NCBI RefSeq assembly: GCF_041260155.1
Contig: NC_091939.1
Coordinates: 23,771,744 to 23,835,743 of the forward strand
DNA: 64,000 bases
Source of the DNA: Ptychodera flava
Lineage: Eukaryota
Direction of reading: 5' to 3'
Below the pieces are notes generated by a model. It had not been told where the DNA came from, made no database searches, and saw nothing but the letters and a program-made list of their open reading frames with translations. Within the stretch, counting starts at the first letter, position 1. Each line of letters begins with the position of its first letter. The position numbers were made by a program, and so were the translations under genes. Below, piece after piece: positions 1 through 13,000 of the stretch.

Positions 1-3000
1 AGCAAATTGACATAACTTTTCATCTCCCACAATTCTTGATCAAAATGGTATGAAAAATCCAGAAAAAATTGTCTTGATCTGAAAAAAAATGTCTGCATGA
101 TATTTTTTGAAGGTAACAAAAATTGACTTTGACACTCAAAGGGTTGAAGTAACCTAAGTGAAATTCGCCGAGAAATCAAATGATCGAGGGGACAGTGGGT
201 CTGTTTTTCTGGTCTGCAATCAAAATCAAAGTCGTTTTCAAATTCAGGTTCGGAACATTCGTTAGACACAGCTCAAGTTCAACTGTCATTATAACAGCTG
301 ATTTCAATAAAATCAAAAGTACATCTACCTTCGCTGCGATCAATGGTTAATACCATATCATTGCAGATGAAACACATTTTCCAAACACTATAGCTACATG
401 AGCCGTATCTCGCTCACGGCTCGAGTATTTTCGAGTATAGACAAACCAAGAAAAGTTAACGTTTGAGGAGAAAAACAAGTAAAGTACGCTTTTGACGCTC
501 TCTGGCCTCCTTTTTACGCTAAATTTCCAGTTATGGTAAAATTGAAAAATAACTTAATAAATTCAAAAGAAATTTAGGGAAAATTTCGCACCGTGAAAAG
601 TCTCAACAAGTCTAACTTGGTTTGAGGACGGCGCAATGGGACCAGTACATTTTAATTGAGATTTGTTAGTACTATAAGATTGAGAGGAGAAATTGGGAAA
701 TTCAGAAATTGGTAATTTACACTGACCTTGGTGCCCAACTTTAAGCATTTTTGGTGGTATATTCCACACTTGATGTTATGAGGGTTAACATGATAAGTTA
801 TCTTTGGTTTTCTTTTGCTAATAATCAACAATTTAAATGTAAATACTTAATGTGCTTTTGGTTCTTTTCTTGGGAGGGGGGGGGAGTTGCTCCGTCGAAT
901 GGGAATAATCAGACACAACTGTTACTTAATGATGGAACTGACAAGAAGTCATCATATAAGGATAATATTCCCTGATCGGACCAGGTCAAGCGGGAAATAT
1001 TCTCTATACTGGCATTATTGACCAATCGCTGACCTGAAGGCCAGACCTGTTGAGCGGTATAATTTACTACCCGTATTTTTTTGACATATGGTCTTTATCT
1101 ACACACTATGTTGACGCGATCAGCAAGCCAGAACTTCGAAAAAAAATTAGACTCCTCAACAGACGGATCCAGTCTATGTCGGAAGTATGTTGAAATTTCG
1201 ACGGAGCGCCAAGACTATCCGGTGTTCAACTTTTCGTTTTTTTATCCCCCGGCCAGCTCATGACTTTCATTTGAAATCGGGGAAGTATTGATTGATTTGG
1301 TATACAGGGTATATGTAAAGTCGACTAGGTAGAGGCTAGACTCCAGCGACAGTGTCTTGTTTTGTATAATTTTCTCGTTGTCTGTTAATAAAAGTTTACG
1401 CTAAATTATCAAGTTTCTCGCATTGCACTGCATTGACCTTACAAGTGACTCTCTTGACTCGCTGGCGATTAATCATCTGTACAGACTCGTCAGTAAGAGT
1501 GTTTCATCCACCGAGTGGCAAAGTATATTCCCCTTCACAACCGGCGAATGCGTCAAGATTCAAAAAAGGCTCGAGTGATACAGTGTTGCGTCGGCGACCC
1601 TGAAGAGGCCGACAGACATATCTTCGAAAAGTTCACTGGGAAAATCAATTCCCAACGGATCCGTTGGCGGTGATATTTGTCCCTTTAAGGTTCCGAACGC
1701 TCTTTAGATCACAGCTTTTCAGGACAAAGTCAACAGCTACACTGGTCTGCATAAAGTCGAAACAACCCCAACATAGTTCAATCTATGTTCATGTGTAGAT
1801 AGAATCTAAGTTCAAACGCATGTAGAATTCAATGTCATCAACGACGAAGTAACTACCTGAAGAAAATATTTCTTGTGGAAAAAGAGGAAACACCTTTAAT
1901 CAGGGGGATTTTCATTTTGGCATTTCTTCAAACTTCAAATATTTTGAATTTGACATTCATCTCGGAACAATATTTGACGCTAACTGTTCTCTCATCGGGG
2001 AAAGAATCGCTCTTGACTTTGACAGTCGTGTTGATAAAATTGATATTTGTCACAACAATCAAATATTTACAAAATTAACCTTTAGGTTTTCTTATCTTTT
2101 GTGTTGATTTTCAAATATTGTTGCGAATGGTGTTTCTGTGACATTTTTATAACCATCTATATTTCCAAATTTAAAAGTAATTTGAAAACGGTGGCAAGAA
2201 AATTCTCACATTCTTTTATAGTTTCTTTCTAAATGTAAACCTCGGCCCGATTTATGAAGACATTGATTCTTCTAACCCTAGGATGCATCAAAAGAAGTTG
2301 CAATCTTTTTTCTAGATTGTATCTCAAGCGTCCAAACTCGTCCCTCATCAAGCTTATTCATCTCAATGTCTTGCCGTAAGTGAACAATAATACCCTGTGA
2401 CTTGTTGCCGTTATCAACCAAACTTCCAGAATCCAAAATATTGTCGAAGTCAACGCACTTTTTTTGGAAATAACACCGAGTTTTGCTCCAATAGATAACT
2501 TGTTTACCGTTGTGGCAATAGCAGCAACAGCTGCTTCGATATATTAATGCTACATGAATTTGGACAATTTTCATACTTGAGTCAAACGAGGGTTAAGATT
2601 GACAGAATCGAGTGACAAATGTGGACATTACCGCCTGTCGTCACTGCACCAAGTTCGAAGACTTGCCGATCGTAATTAACTTTGAAGTCTGGAATGTTCC
2701 TTTTTACCGAGCCCGTGGATGTACTTCTTTCTTATAAATCAATGCCTCATTTTGCAATTACTCAAACCTCGCTAGCGGTGCAGTGTAGTATAATACGTCT
2801 GAACTTGAACTCTGTTATCGCTGTTTGTTCAACCTTACACCAGTTCAAAGTATTTAGCCCGAAATACGCTGCAGTTTACGAAAATCAAAATGAGAAATTG
2901 CCGCCCTGACTTGGTCTTATGACCCGAAGCAGCCGAGAAAGGGCAATGGCAGTGCCTCAGTTACTAAACGCGGCACATGCATCATTTGTTGTTTTGCTTG

Positions 3001-3676
3001 CTCCGAGATCAGGCACAAAAATCAAACGGACAAGACCCCGGATTATCCTAGCCGGCCGGCTTTCAAGGAAGTCTTCAACTTCGTAAAAACATATTCTTGG
3101 AGTATCTTGCACTATGGTACAAAGTGACACACCATAGATGACCCTTTCCTTACTTGTTTGCTATGCAATGGTGTGATAAATCTGAAATTGCAAAACGCCA
3201 TCTCCCGAAACAATACGTTATTCATTTATCACCAACTCCTGTTCAACAAACAAAATTCAAAACCTGTTTCCTGGTAGCGAGATTCCGCCACATGATGAGG
3301 TGCAATCTGTTGCTATTTCACTCCCGTCATCGCGTTCTCAATTAATATGATCTATTCACAGACTGCTTCTGATTATCGTTGTAAGAAGACAATTCATTAT
3401 GAGCATGCGGTTGCCCCGCACGACAATTCTCTTCTCTTTCCGTCAAAACACTTCCAGTTGTTAAATTATAAAGGTACAGTATCTGTACTTTTTTCAAATT
3501 TTAAGCAACTTTATTTCAATAAAAAATTATGTACCACAATTATTGTTTGATCTTCTCCTAAAATACCCAGTATTCGACTTGTCAATCGCACATGTGTTAT
3601 ATGTCATGTTTTACTGTTGACCATCCGATGTAAATCCGGACAGTTTAGACTTTCTTACATGTAAGGTACTCTGAGA

Positions 3677-3683
<7 letters not shown>

Positions 3684-3775
<92 letters not shown>

Positions 3776-3830
3776 AGGGAGGGAGGGAGGGAAGGGAGAG
3801 ATGGAGGGTGTGAGGGAGGAATCCTTTTTA
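3684..3830. repeat. Compound microsatellite (GA)n - G11 - (GGGA)n
   Basis: The repeats are directly visible in the sequence. ORF 3677-3871 is its translation. Confidence 0.95.
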
Positions 3831-5507
3831 TGACTAGATATTTACATCTTAATGTAATGTCAATACGTTAATAAGCAGCGAACACAACTATTGGCCCTGT
3901 CGTTGCTATGTAGATGCAAGGAATCTGCGAGCGGGAAAGAGACTGAGGGGAAATTGAGAGCCTGGTTGGACTTGATGGGATGTTACTGCGGAGGCATAGT
4001 GCACGATCATCGAATAGTGCTATGATTGTTGCTTTTTGTAGGGTGACAGCCGAAACTGGATGATTAAGCGACGGTCTCATTGAAAGGTCGACCTCCGCAG
4101 CCGCAAAGGGAGACCTCACACACTGGCTGCCAGTTGCTACACTTCGCTATGTAAGGCACCCAAACAGATGGAAAAATCACCAACGTCCTCAAGACTATCG
4201 TTTTTCGTTTCCATGGCAGCAAAGTGACACCGTAAGACTCGGACGGGGGCGGCTGGAGATGCTTTGATATAGCCCGCCCGTCCGCCCATCGTCGATGATT
4301 CCCATGGAGACGCCCACATGGCGGTGTCTGGACATATGACCCCAGTGTGAGCTATCACGGGCGTGGCTTTCCCCCGATATCACCCAACCCTAAGCAAAAG
4401 AGCGTGATCAATTTCCCGGGTAGAAAGCAAATAATAACAATTAAACTCTTCCCTTTCCTCTCTGAAAGGAACATTACCTAAACTTTGAATTTATTTCCAA
4501 TATCTTTGTTTCATAAAACACAATTTATACCTTTTTTATATCGTTCTGAAGAATATTGAAATACCAGTTATCATCCTTCCAAACACAATACGGTATGTGT
4601 AATATGCATTTTTATCGTTGATAAGTGATTTCTAGTCCGGACTGATAATTAAGTTGTCAACAATGCACCGGCTATTATTGCACCGGCTATTACTTACTTA
4701 CATGTTCTATTGACGACTTGAACAGAACGTGGAGAATTATCAGGAAACTAGATTTCTACAGAATGAACAAAAACACTTCAAAAGACATCAAAAATTTCAG
4801 CTAATGAAGCTTTAATCTGAAGAACTTCGGAGTGGGTCTGGGAAGTGATAATGAATGCCAAAATGCAAAGGCTCAGTTCACCTGCCCACCCCCCAGTATA
4901 TCTTCATGGCTATCCTTCCTTCGTGCTGACTTTTTCCTGGCACGCTGACAGTTGTGTCTGTCCCATGCCTCGGTGGCCGCACATGACTTGATTGCCGGCG
5001 CAGCGTCCTTCTCTCACCAGCTCTTATTTCATCCGTAGTTCAGGCGCTCCGTGGCCAACCCTCCGCACACAACAGGCATCTACGGGCAAGGTTCTCCAAA
5101 ACGCGTCTCTTGGCGCAATGCGTCGCAGATTTTGTTCGTTTGGGCATTTCAAATCAAAATGAAAGCATGTCTCAAGGGATCTTAAAATTTTAGTCACTGA
5201 AACAATGACACTATTAATCTGCATTTCAGTCCAGTATGTACTTGTATTTCTCGCTGTCAAGCTTAGGTAGTGTACACTTCGTCAATACATTGAAATCCAA
5301 AACTTATTTCAAAATAAAGAATAAACTCAAGTGTCATCTTCCAACTTGTGGAGGTTGAAGATTAGAAACAAATTAACTCAGATTTTACCAATATTTGCCT
5401 TTGATAATGGCTGCTACTTCCTTAACGATGAAAAACATGTCCATATAAAATACTTGGAGGTGAGAATATGCTTTCTCTGAATTTCAAAGTTAGTGAAGAC
5501 GACTTTT

Positions 5508-5736
5508 CAACCAGCAAAGAATTGTAAACACGATTGGAACTATTTTGGGATAATTGGATTGTGAAGTAATGTCGATTTAATCTGCCAATGTAAGCTCATC
5601 TGCTTTTCTTTTTAAGTTACACACTTGTTTTATGAGTAATTTGTAATATTGCAACATTCAGCTATACGGTACCTTTTGATAAATTTGAAAAATATAAAGA
5701 TCCAATTTATCCGAATTAGTTCCAATCGTGTTTGTA
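5508..5736. mobile_element. Short MITE (about 230 bp) with TIR AAACACGATTGGAACTA and possible TSD TTGTAA, copy 1
   Basis: aaacacgattggaactatttt at the left pairs with aattagttccaatcgtgttt at the right as inverted repeats. TTGTAA immediately flanks both ends. A second copy lies at 51357-51590. Confidence 0.6.
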
Positions 5737-8700
5737 ATTCTTCGAAAGTCTCGGGAGGGCATTCTGCCATAGCGGAAACCAAATGATTTAAGATTTTAGC
5801 AAGACACTGGTCTGATGCTGTAGAGCATTGTTGAAGATCAAACGAGGGCGACGACGAGACAGCCGTCACAATAGAAAACTGACAATAATCAGACACGTGA
5901 TATATTAGAGTTGCTTTACTATCCTAAACCTAAATCGGGAGTCCATTATCTCTGCTGAATAACCCGTGCCCGTTTCTCTGTTAATTACTAATGTCGTTTA
6001 ATATGTCCGCGCCGGATTTCTAATTGTTTGAAAATATGCGAAGACCCTTTGTTCTAGACGGTAAGTGAAAGTTACAGAGATCTCATACACGAGTATAATT
6101 TATGAGGGCGGGAGACATCCTATACGGGCTCATCGGCCGAGAGAGGGTCTGAGTTTTTCCGCTGTATCGCTTTCGCATGTCCGATATCGGGGAGATCTGA
6201 AGGTTCCGCCGCCCACAACCGCCGTGCTGAGAATGTCTGATAGTCACGTGGGATGAATTTGTTGCGCGAGATCATCGGGGAGTGATGCTCCCTTGAAACC
6301 GATCATTTGACGAGAGTTGCGTACAATCGAAATACCGGAACGGTCACTGTCGATAGAGTGGAGTAAGGCGGTCGTGTTGTTGCCCTGCCCCTCACCAACT
6401 TATGGAAATCAAAAAGGTTGCAGTTTAATATTGACCAAATCGAGGAATACTCTAACGAATGTCCTCAGATCAGAGCCGCAACAGTAAAGACGTTGAATGG
6501 CTCACGTATAATAAACTGTGAATAATTACGGCGGACACGCTTTGACATAAAAATTAATCAGTATATAAATGGTTTCAGTTTCCGACGGCGCGCCTGTTTA
6601 CATGCTGAAATGGGACATCAGGCCATATGATGCCTCACTCCACATATTAGACTTTCATATTCAATTTACTATATCGGTTTTGGACAATTTGTGCGCCATA
6701 TTTTGATTCAATAAAGCCATTTAAAAGAATCTCCCGCTATCGTCTTTGTAGTAAATCTTCATCATTTTGAAGTATCGAGTAAGGACCCTTTCGTGAAATG
6801 ATTAGCACATAGTATGAATTAATGTTAATTATTCCAAGCACGCGTGATGAAATAAGACGCGGCTAATCACCGGAGCGTAATGTTACCACCGAACGCTCAT
6901 AGTTGAAAGACTGATGTACACGTTTATGGCACCATTATCGGCATTCGGTTTCGGCACTTTTCAACACTATTTATATTTTGTTAATTATGGCGTTGCTCTC
7001 ATAGTTTTATGACCTGTGCTTTCCGATGAGCGCCTTCAATGCTAATGATAAAATGCACATGCGATATTGCACACGTTGTTCAACTGCTTTCCCTGGAGTT
7101 TCTTGTTCTACTTCCCAGACCATGTTGAGATAGACAGTATTCAGCTTGTAAACTGATCCCCTGCATGTGTAGACCGCAGTGTTATTGTTGACAATTGAAT
7201 TCTGGTCCGGACTAGAATTCAAATGTATACAACAACTGCATTTTACACGTATGGAATCATCTTTACAAGCTATGGTAGGTGTTTCAACATGCAGGGAGTA
7301 GAACAAGAGACTGCACTTGACATTGGAAAAATTAGTGAAAAAAATTATTGAGAATTACATAAACTTGCCAGAGTCTGTAGCAGTTGTGTTTTCGTTCGTG
7401 TATTGGCTCAGACAGATTTCGAAGCGTATACTTCCCAGCATGCACTTGTAGTTTTAATCGAGTTCAAATTCATGACCCACCCCCATACAGGTTTCCTTTT
7501 GTCAACTAGTTACATCAAAATATATTTTCTGAGTACATCTTGAAATCTCTCAGGGTAATAACGCTACTTTGAATTTTCATTTTGTCGAGTGCAAGAATAA
7601 AGTGTTAAATAGCGGATCAAATTTAACATCAAATAAAAGTATTAATAACATTGTCTAACCCATATATATGTCATCGACGAGTAAATATTAAACGTCTTGA
7701 AGTTTGAAATTAAAACCTTGTGTTTTTTTACATTATCCCTCTACTTCTAACATCTTAACCGGCTTTTTTAATAGTAAGATGATATTCTTAGAACAATGAA
7801 AACAGGCAATCTGAGACGGAGTCGATGGGTCTGGCTGTAGCCTACTTGTGAAAACTGTGTACAAAACGTTAAACCGGTCGTCGACTTTGTCAAACCTGGG
7901 AGAGTATAGAATTTGTCGCACTTTACAAAAACACCAACAGAATTATTATAATAATGTATGGGATTTTACTCATGCGTCGAGTTCTTTTTAAAATAAAACC
8001 TGACAGTTTTTAAAGAAATGTTACATACAGTGCAATCGATAATAATGTTGTAATATTAAGTCATATAAGTAATTAGTAAAATATTGTTTTGTAGTATAAA
8101 TCAAATTTGCAAACATGAAAACGTCAATAGGAGGGCCACCGTTTCACAGCGACGAGACTAGAGCTCAGGACAGCCTCTCAGAATTCCAAATTTGTTCGAT
8201 AGCATATAAGAACTTGTTGTTGGTGATATATCAGTATCGTCACGTGACGTAAATCTACTTCACAACTTCACCGTTGGCTAGACTCCGGGGAAGTTTCAGA
8301 TCCGTTCAAAGATATCGAACACAAACATTTCACAAGTACTTCTTAACTTTTAATCAAACATATTACCGCCGCGCGATCTCACAAGTATTTTGAAACGACC
8401 ATATGAAGATTCGCCCTTACAACCAAAAAATGTTAACGCTATTTATATGTGTGCGGCATAGAAGTTCCAAATGTTTTTTTCCCTAACATCATGACAACGT
8501 TCAAGTTCATGATTGATATAAGCAATGGGTATGAGATCAGACACAACATACACCATGCAAGTGGATGACATGATAATGATCAGTTTACGATCTATTCTAG
8601 CCATCCTTGACTTGCACGAGACGTGGTAGAGGGTTATATTTAGATGATGACGCCCAACAATTTAATGTCGCTTCGGCGAAACATGGGGTGTCATGATACT

Positions 8701-8870
8701 CAAGGAAGAGAATAGCTGCAACTGTTGATGGTATATTACTTTTGTTCTCTAAAAAGTACATTTCTTTATTGTTCTTCTACAATATGTTAAAGTACAAAGT
8801 ATCAGCCTTGCCAACAAAGTGCATTGTGAATACATAATGAAAAGTTGTTGTTGAACGAATTTAGTCCGGC

Positions 8871-9230
8871 CTTTAAGGTAGAACGCGTCCCGGGAACAGA
8901 TATTCGGATTCTCAAACTTTTACACTTCTTTTCTAATATACCACTTGTGGGGGTTCATTTTAAAGCTCTTGGTGTAAGAACACTTTTCAGTGTCTTAGTT
9001 TTCCGAAATTCGAAAACGTTATTTTCCTCCACAGAGTTAACACAGGGATGGTGGCCATTTTGAATTTTAAATCTTGGGGAATCTTGGGTAATTTGTTTCT
9101 CTAGTAGCAAACTTTGCTCGGTGATCCCCAATTTTTATTGTTGATTTGTAAGAGAGTGGTTGACAGATTCATCCAGGAAAGTTTGAGCAAAAGTTTAAGT
9201 CTTTCACTTTCGAGGCGTATACTATCTTAA
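8871..9230 (+). repeat. Interspersed repeat family A (MITE-like, about 360 bp), full copy with imperfect TIRs TTAAGGTAGAACGCG / CGTATACTATCTTAA
   Basis: Internal blocks are shared with four other copies (ggttcattttaaagc, cagagttaacaca..gg.ggccattttgaa, ttgaaagagaatggttga, gtttgagcaaaagtttaagtctttcactttcgagg). The termini begin and end with TTAA. Confidence 0.6.
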
Positions 9231-9995
9231 TTCAGCTGTAAACAATAACATTGGAAGCGTCTAGCTTACAAGCAGTGTTGATAAGTTGAAAACTTAGGCA
9301 TTTCGACATGATCTTTGGAATATAACCCGAAACTGTAGTTTACAAACCGGAAAAAAAGTACCGGAAAGTATATCAAAAGTTACAGCTGATGGCGCTTTAG
9401 GAGCGGAAAATAATGACGTCATAATCTTTCACCCCGGCGATAAGTTCCCTACAAACGACATAGCCGACGTCCATCGCACATAGGTCATCTTAAGGTCACG
9501 CAAAGGGGAAAAGGAGTGCCACATTACACAAGAAACAACGCTTTCCTCAATTCTGCAGAGCGTGAGCGAACGTTAAGCAACAAGAATTCATATAACACTA
9601 TTTCTCGTCTCACCAGAGAGCTGTGATAAAAATTTGATTATGGCGCTGCATACCAACGATTAGTCATGGCATATTAAGACGCTGGGGGTTATCGCAAAAG
9701 CAGAATGTTCAAGTATTAGTCTTGATTGAGGAAAATGTACACGAGGATTTCTGTGATAGCTTAACAGGTGTCGTGAAATCTACACGACTGACTTCTTCAA
9801 CCCGAGCCAGAGCTAAGGCGGGAACACAGACAAGATGCAGGGATAGCAGCATCGGCGTTTTAAAAGAGAACCGTCCCGCGCTTACATGACTTTACTGACG
9901 GCAGCTGGCGATTGTTTTCCGATTCAAAGCTTGTTTTATTGCCAGGTGCCAAGCTTGTAAACATGCACACAAACGAACATGAGTCTTGATGATAC

Positions 9996-9996
<1 letters not shown>

Positions 9997-10049
<53 letters not shown>
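9997..10049. repeat. (AT)n microsatellite
   Basis: The repeat is directly visible in the sequence. Confidence 0.95.
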
Positions 10050-10052
<3 letters not shown>

Positions 10053-13000
10053 TAATATCAGCAATTCCTCGGCAAGTAAAGGCCCATGAGCAGCAATATG
10101 TGATCACTCAAATTCATAGAACTATGATGGACATACCATCCTCCACCAAGGTCATACAAAAGTTGCAATTATAGTTGCATTGTAACACTTTGTAAAAAAA
10201 TCGATTATCACTTGTTTAACGAAGTTCCTTTTATTCGATGTGTGTAAACAGATTTCCAGCCATCAAGTTTACCCGACAGGCTTGTTCGTCCTCTCGACAT
10301 CGATCAGACCCGTGACAGCAGCCGGCAGGGCCACCATCTTTCAATCCCCGGGGGACGTGACACCGGGGACATGACATCACCGCTTTTTATAAGGAAAACA
10401 TCCCGGTGCATATGGTTTCTCGCTGTTCAAGGGAGATCGGGACGACTTCGGCAAAAGAACAGAGGTATATCTGATAGGGGAGATACACGTCTACTGGCCG
10501 CCGACTAATCGAGCGTGACAGTAATAGACCAAACAAATACACACACTGACAGGAGCAAACGCGCCGCAAAATATCGCTCAAACGCGCGGCATCCCGTAAA
10601 ATTGTGGAAATCTCACAGCGGCTTTTGGGGTTTTGTCTTTACTTTACCGAAACTATCCGACGACAACATGCCGAAGCAGAATCGGAGAACCGTAAGTGAA
10701 AAACAAGACATTTTAAGGGGAAAAGTTGTTCGGAATAAAATGGAAAAAAACACGATTTCACTGCTGGTATTTCAATCAGTCAAGGCTTGACATTAATTGG
10801 GAGAGCGGGGAGAGGCTGGGTGTCGACAGAGAGGGGATACAGAGTAAAAGGGGAGCGGCGATCGCTAAACCTGATAACATGCATAACGAAATTTTAAGTG
10901 TAACAATCGGGAACCTTGAAGTTCAACGAAGTGTTGCCAAGATCATGAGTGAAGCCAAACAGGGATGTAATATTAGCGAGAAAGAGGCACACCATTGGGG
11001 GTAACGACCGTGACACAAGACTATAAGTCAACGACAAAACGAGAAATTCTGTACTATGCAGCCTCGATTCAGCGAGATTTTATTGGTCATTCGCCTTAGG
11101 TCATAAAGATTTGATGACTTGGTTCGAATACAAACCACAGTCTTGTCGTGAATACGACGAAATGTTTCCCAAAATTTCACTAACAAGCGGGTTATACCTT
11201 TGCGGCCGCGGTCTGAGAAACCGGGGAGTCTATACCCTATACACATCCAACTTATAACATTTGCGACAGATTTGCATTCAGTTTGTCGGAACAGTTGTTG
11301 ATTGCTTGGTTTCTATCAAACTTCGACTCAATCTAAAAAAAACCCAAAAGACTACCAGAAACAAATGTCGACTCGATGTCGCCAAACATCGGCCGCAGTG
11401 TCAGTTCGGAGCTATTGGCTGATTCCGTGCACCTGCCTTGTGCCATTCCTGGAATCAGATTACGTTTTTCCCGGTGGGTGAAAACGGGCGCCACCAACAA
11501 CAGCTGGTATGATTCTCAAATCTCGAGAGAAGCCCATACCTTGCCTTTGGAGACACGATGACATAACCTGGAAAGACTTTGGCAACGTCGCCAAACTGTA
11601 ATATTACGAAATTAAAGTTCACATTACACTTCTTGATCAAGACATTATTTTTCCACATATAAGTTTGTAGCGCTTGTTTTCATCTAGTAATAGTGGATTG
11701 AACACGGAAGCAAAAGAAGACAGTATCAATCGGAATACAGCACGGGCGTCCCCGAAAGTGTTGCAGGAAGTTAGTTATGTAATCTAAGACTTGATCTCGC
11801 TAGGCGTGTCACAAATTTTGGACTCTGCATTTTGTTATTTTCTTCATGCTGAATTGTCAATATGTTGCCAGCACAAATTTGCACATGGCAATGCTCGCCT
11901 CAAAACAGAGAGTTTTAAAGATATGATCAATCCTTTCCAAAGAAGAACTTCAACTTTATTTTCCCACAATTTTTAATTCAAAATGGCCGTTATGATGTTT
12001 GTTAAGTCTAATGGGAAAACCCGAATTGTCCTCTTTCATAAAAAAATACAGTGTACACTTTTAATAAGTCCACCGACTTAAAAATGTATCCACTTGAGCA
12101 GAGATGATAAAAATACTGTAAAAATTTGAGTCCAAATATCTGTCCCCGAGGCTTTTTTACCATAAGCGTAAAAAAGTGCGCGCGACTTTACGCGAAAGCT
12201 TGAAATGTTAATCACCTCTCAATAAGACGCTTTGAAACTGAAAATTAATATTTTTTTAATTGAAAGGGGACGGGAATAGATCTGACTTTAAAGGTATTCG
12301 GTTACCTGCTTTTTAATACCCAATCACAGTTTTTAGGCGGGTGGCCGCCTTTTAAAAAGGGCGCCTCCACATGATCAGCCATGGCATACTTAGCAGCGTC
12401 GTCTGCATGCTCTTTGACGTATCAAATATGGAGGACCGACAGCTACAGTGTTAGGGATAGTACGCTAAGCCCCAACCCTTTACCATATATGGAATATGCG
12501 AATTTACGGTGACCGTCTAACTTTAAGCTCGTTTTGTTGTGACTTCTTGAACTCAGATGCGTGCCGTTGTGACGATATATTTTATATAGTATATTTGTCA
12601 CGTGTGACAACTTAAGTATTTCAGTACTTAAGTCCGACCCCTCGCGCTAGAGCTAAGAATGTAATTACGGTGACAAAAACACAGGGAAGAGTTTTAAGAC
12701 ATGAAGCGACTTTTCATAAGCTGTGCGCAATACTGTTGGGAAAAATTGGACCTGAAAAAAATATTATGGTCGCAATCCGCTTCATATAGCGGTCTTTGAT
12801 CAACGACGCTCCATAATCGTCATCATATATTCAACACTACCGAGTTGGTATACATGATAGATCTTCAGAACATAATAGATGAGTTGTGGTTGAATTTTTT
12901 TTCCACATGAAACTTTGAAAGTTAAACCAGACGTCATTAAAACTCTATTGCCATCCTTGCCCCATACGACCTGTCGCCCCGGATGATTTTAAGTTCAACA

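Noticed and set aside
3677-3871. ORFs 3677-3871 (MCERERERE...) and 53211-53429 (MQMRERERE...)
   Set aside because: These are translations of (GA)n microsatellites.
10669-10698. Possible first coding exon ATGCCGAAGCAGAATCGGAGAACC|GTAAGTG (MPKQNRRT) after a TATA-like tttataagg
   Set aside because: Only 8 codons precede a donor-like site. I recognise no downstream exon and no family. Such short ORF-plus-GT combinations arise by chance.
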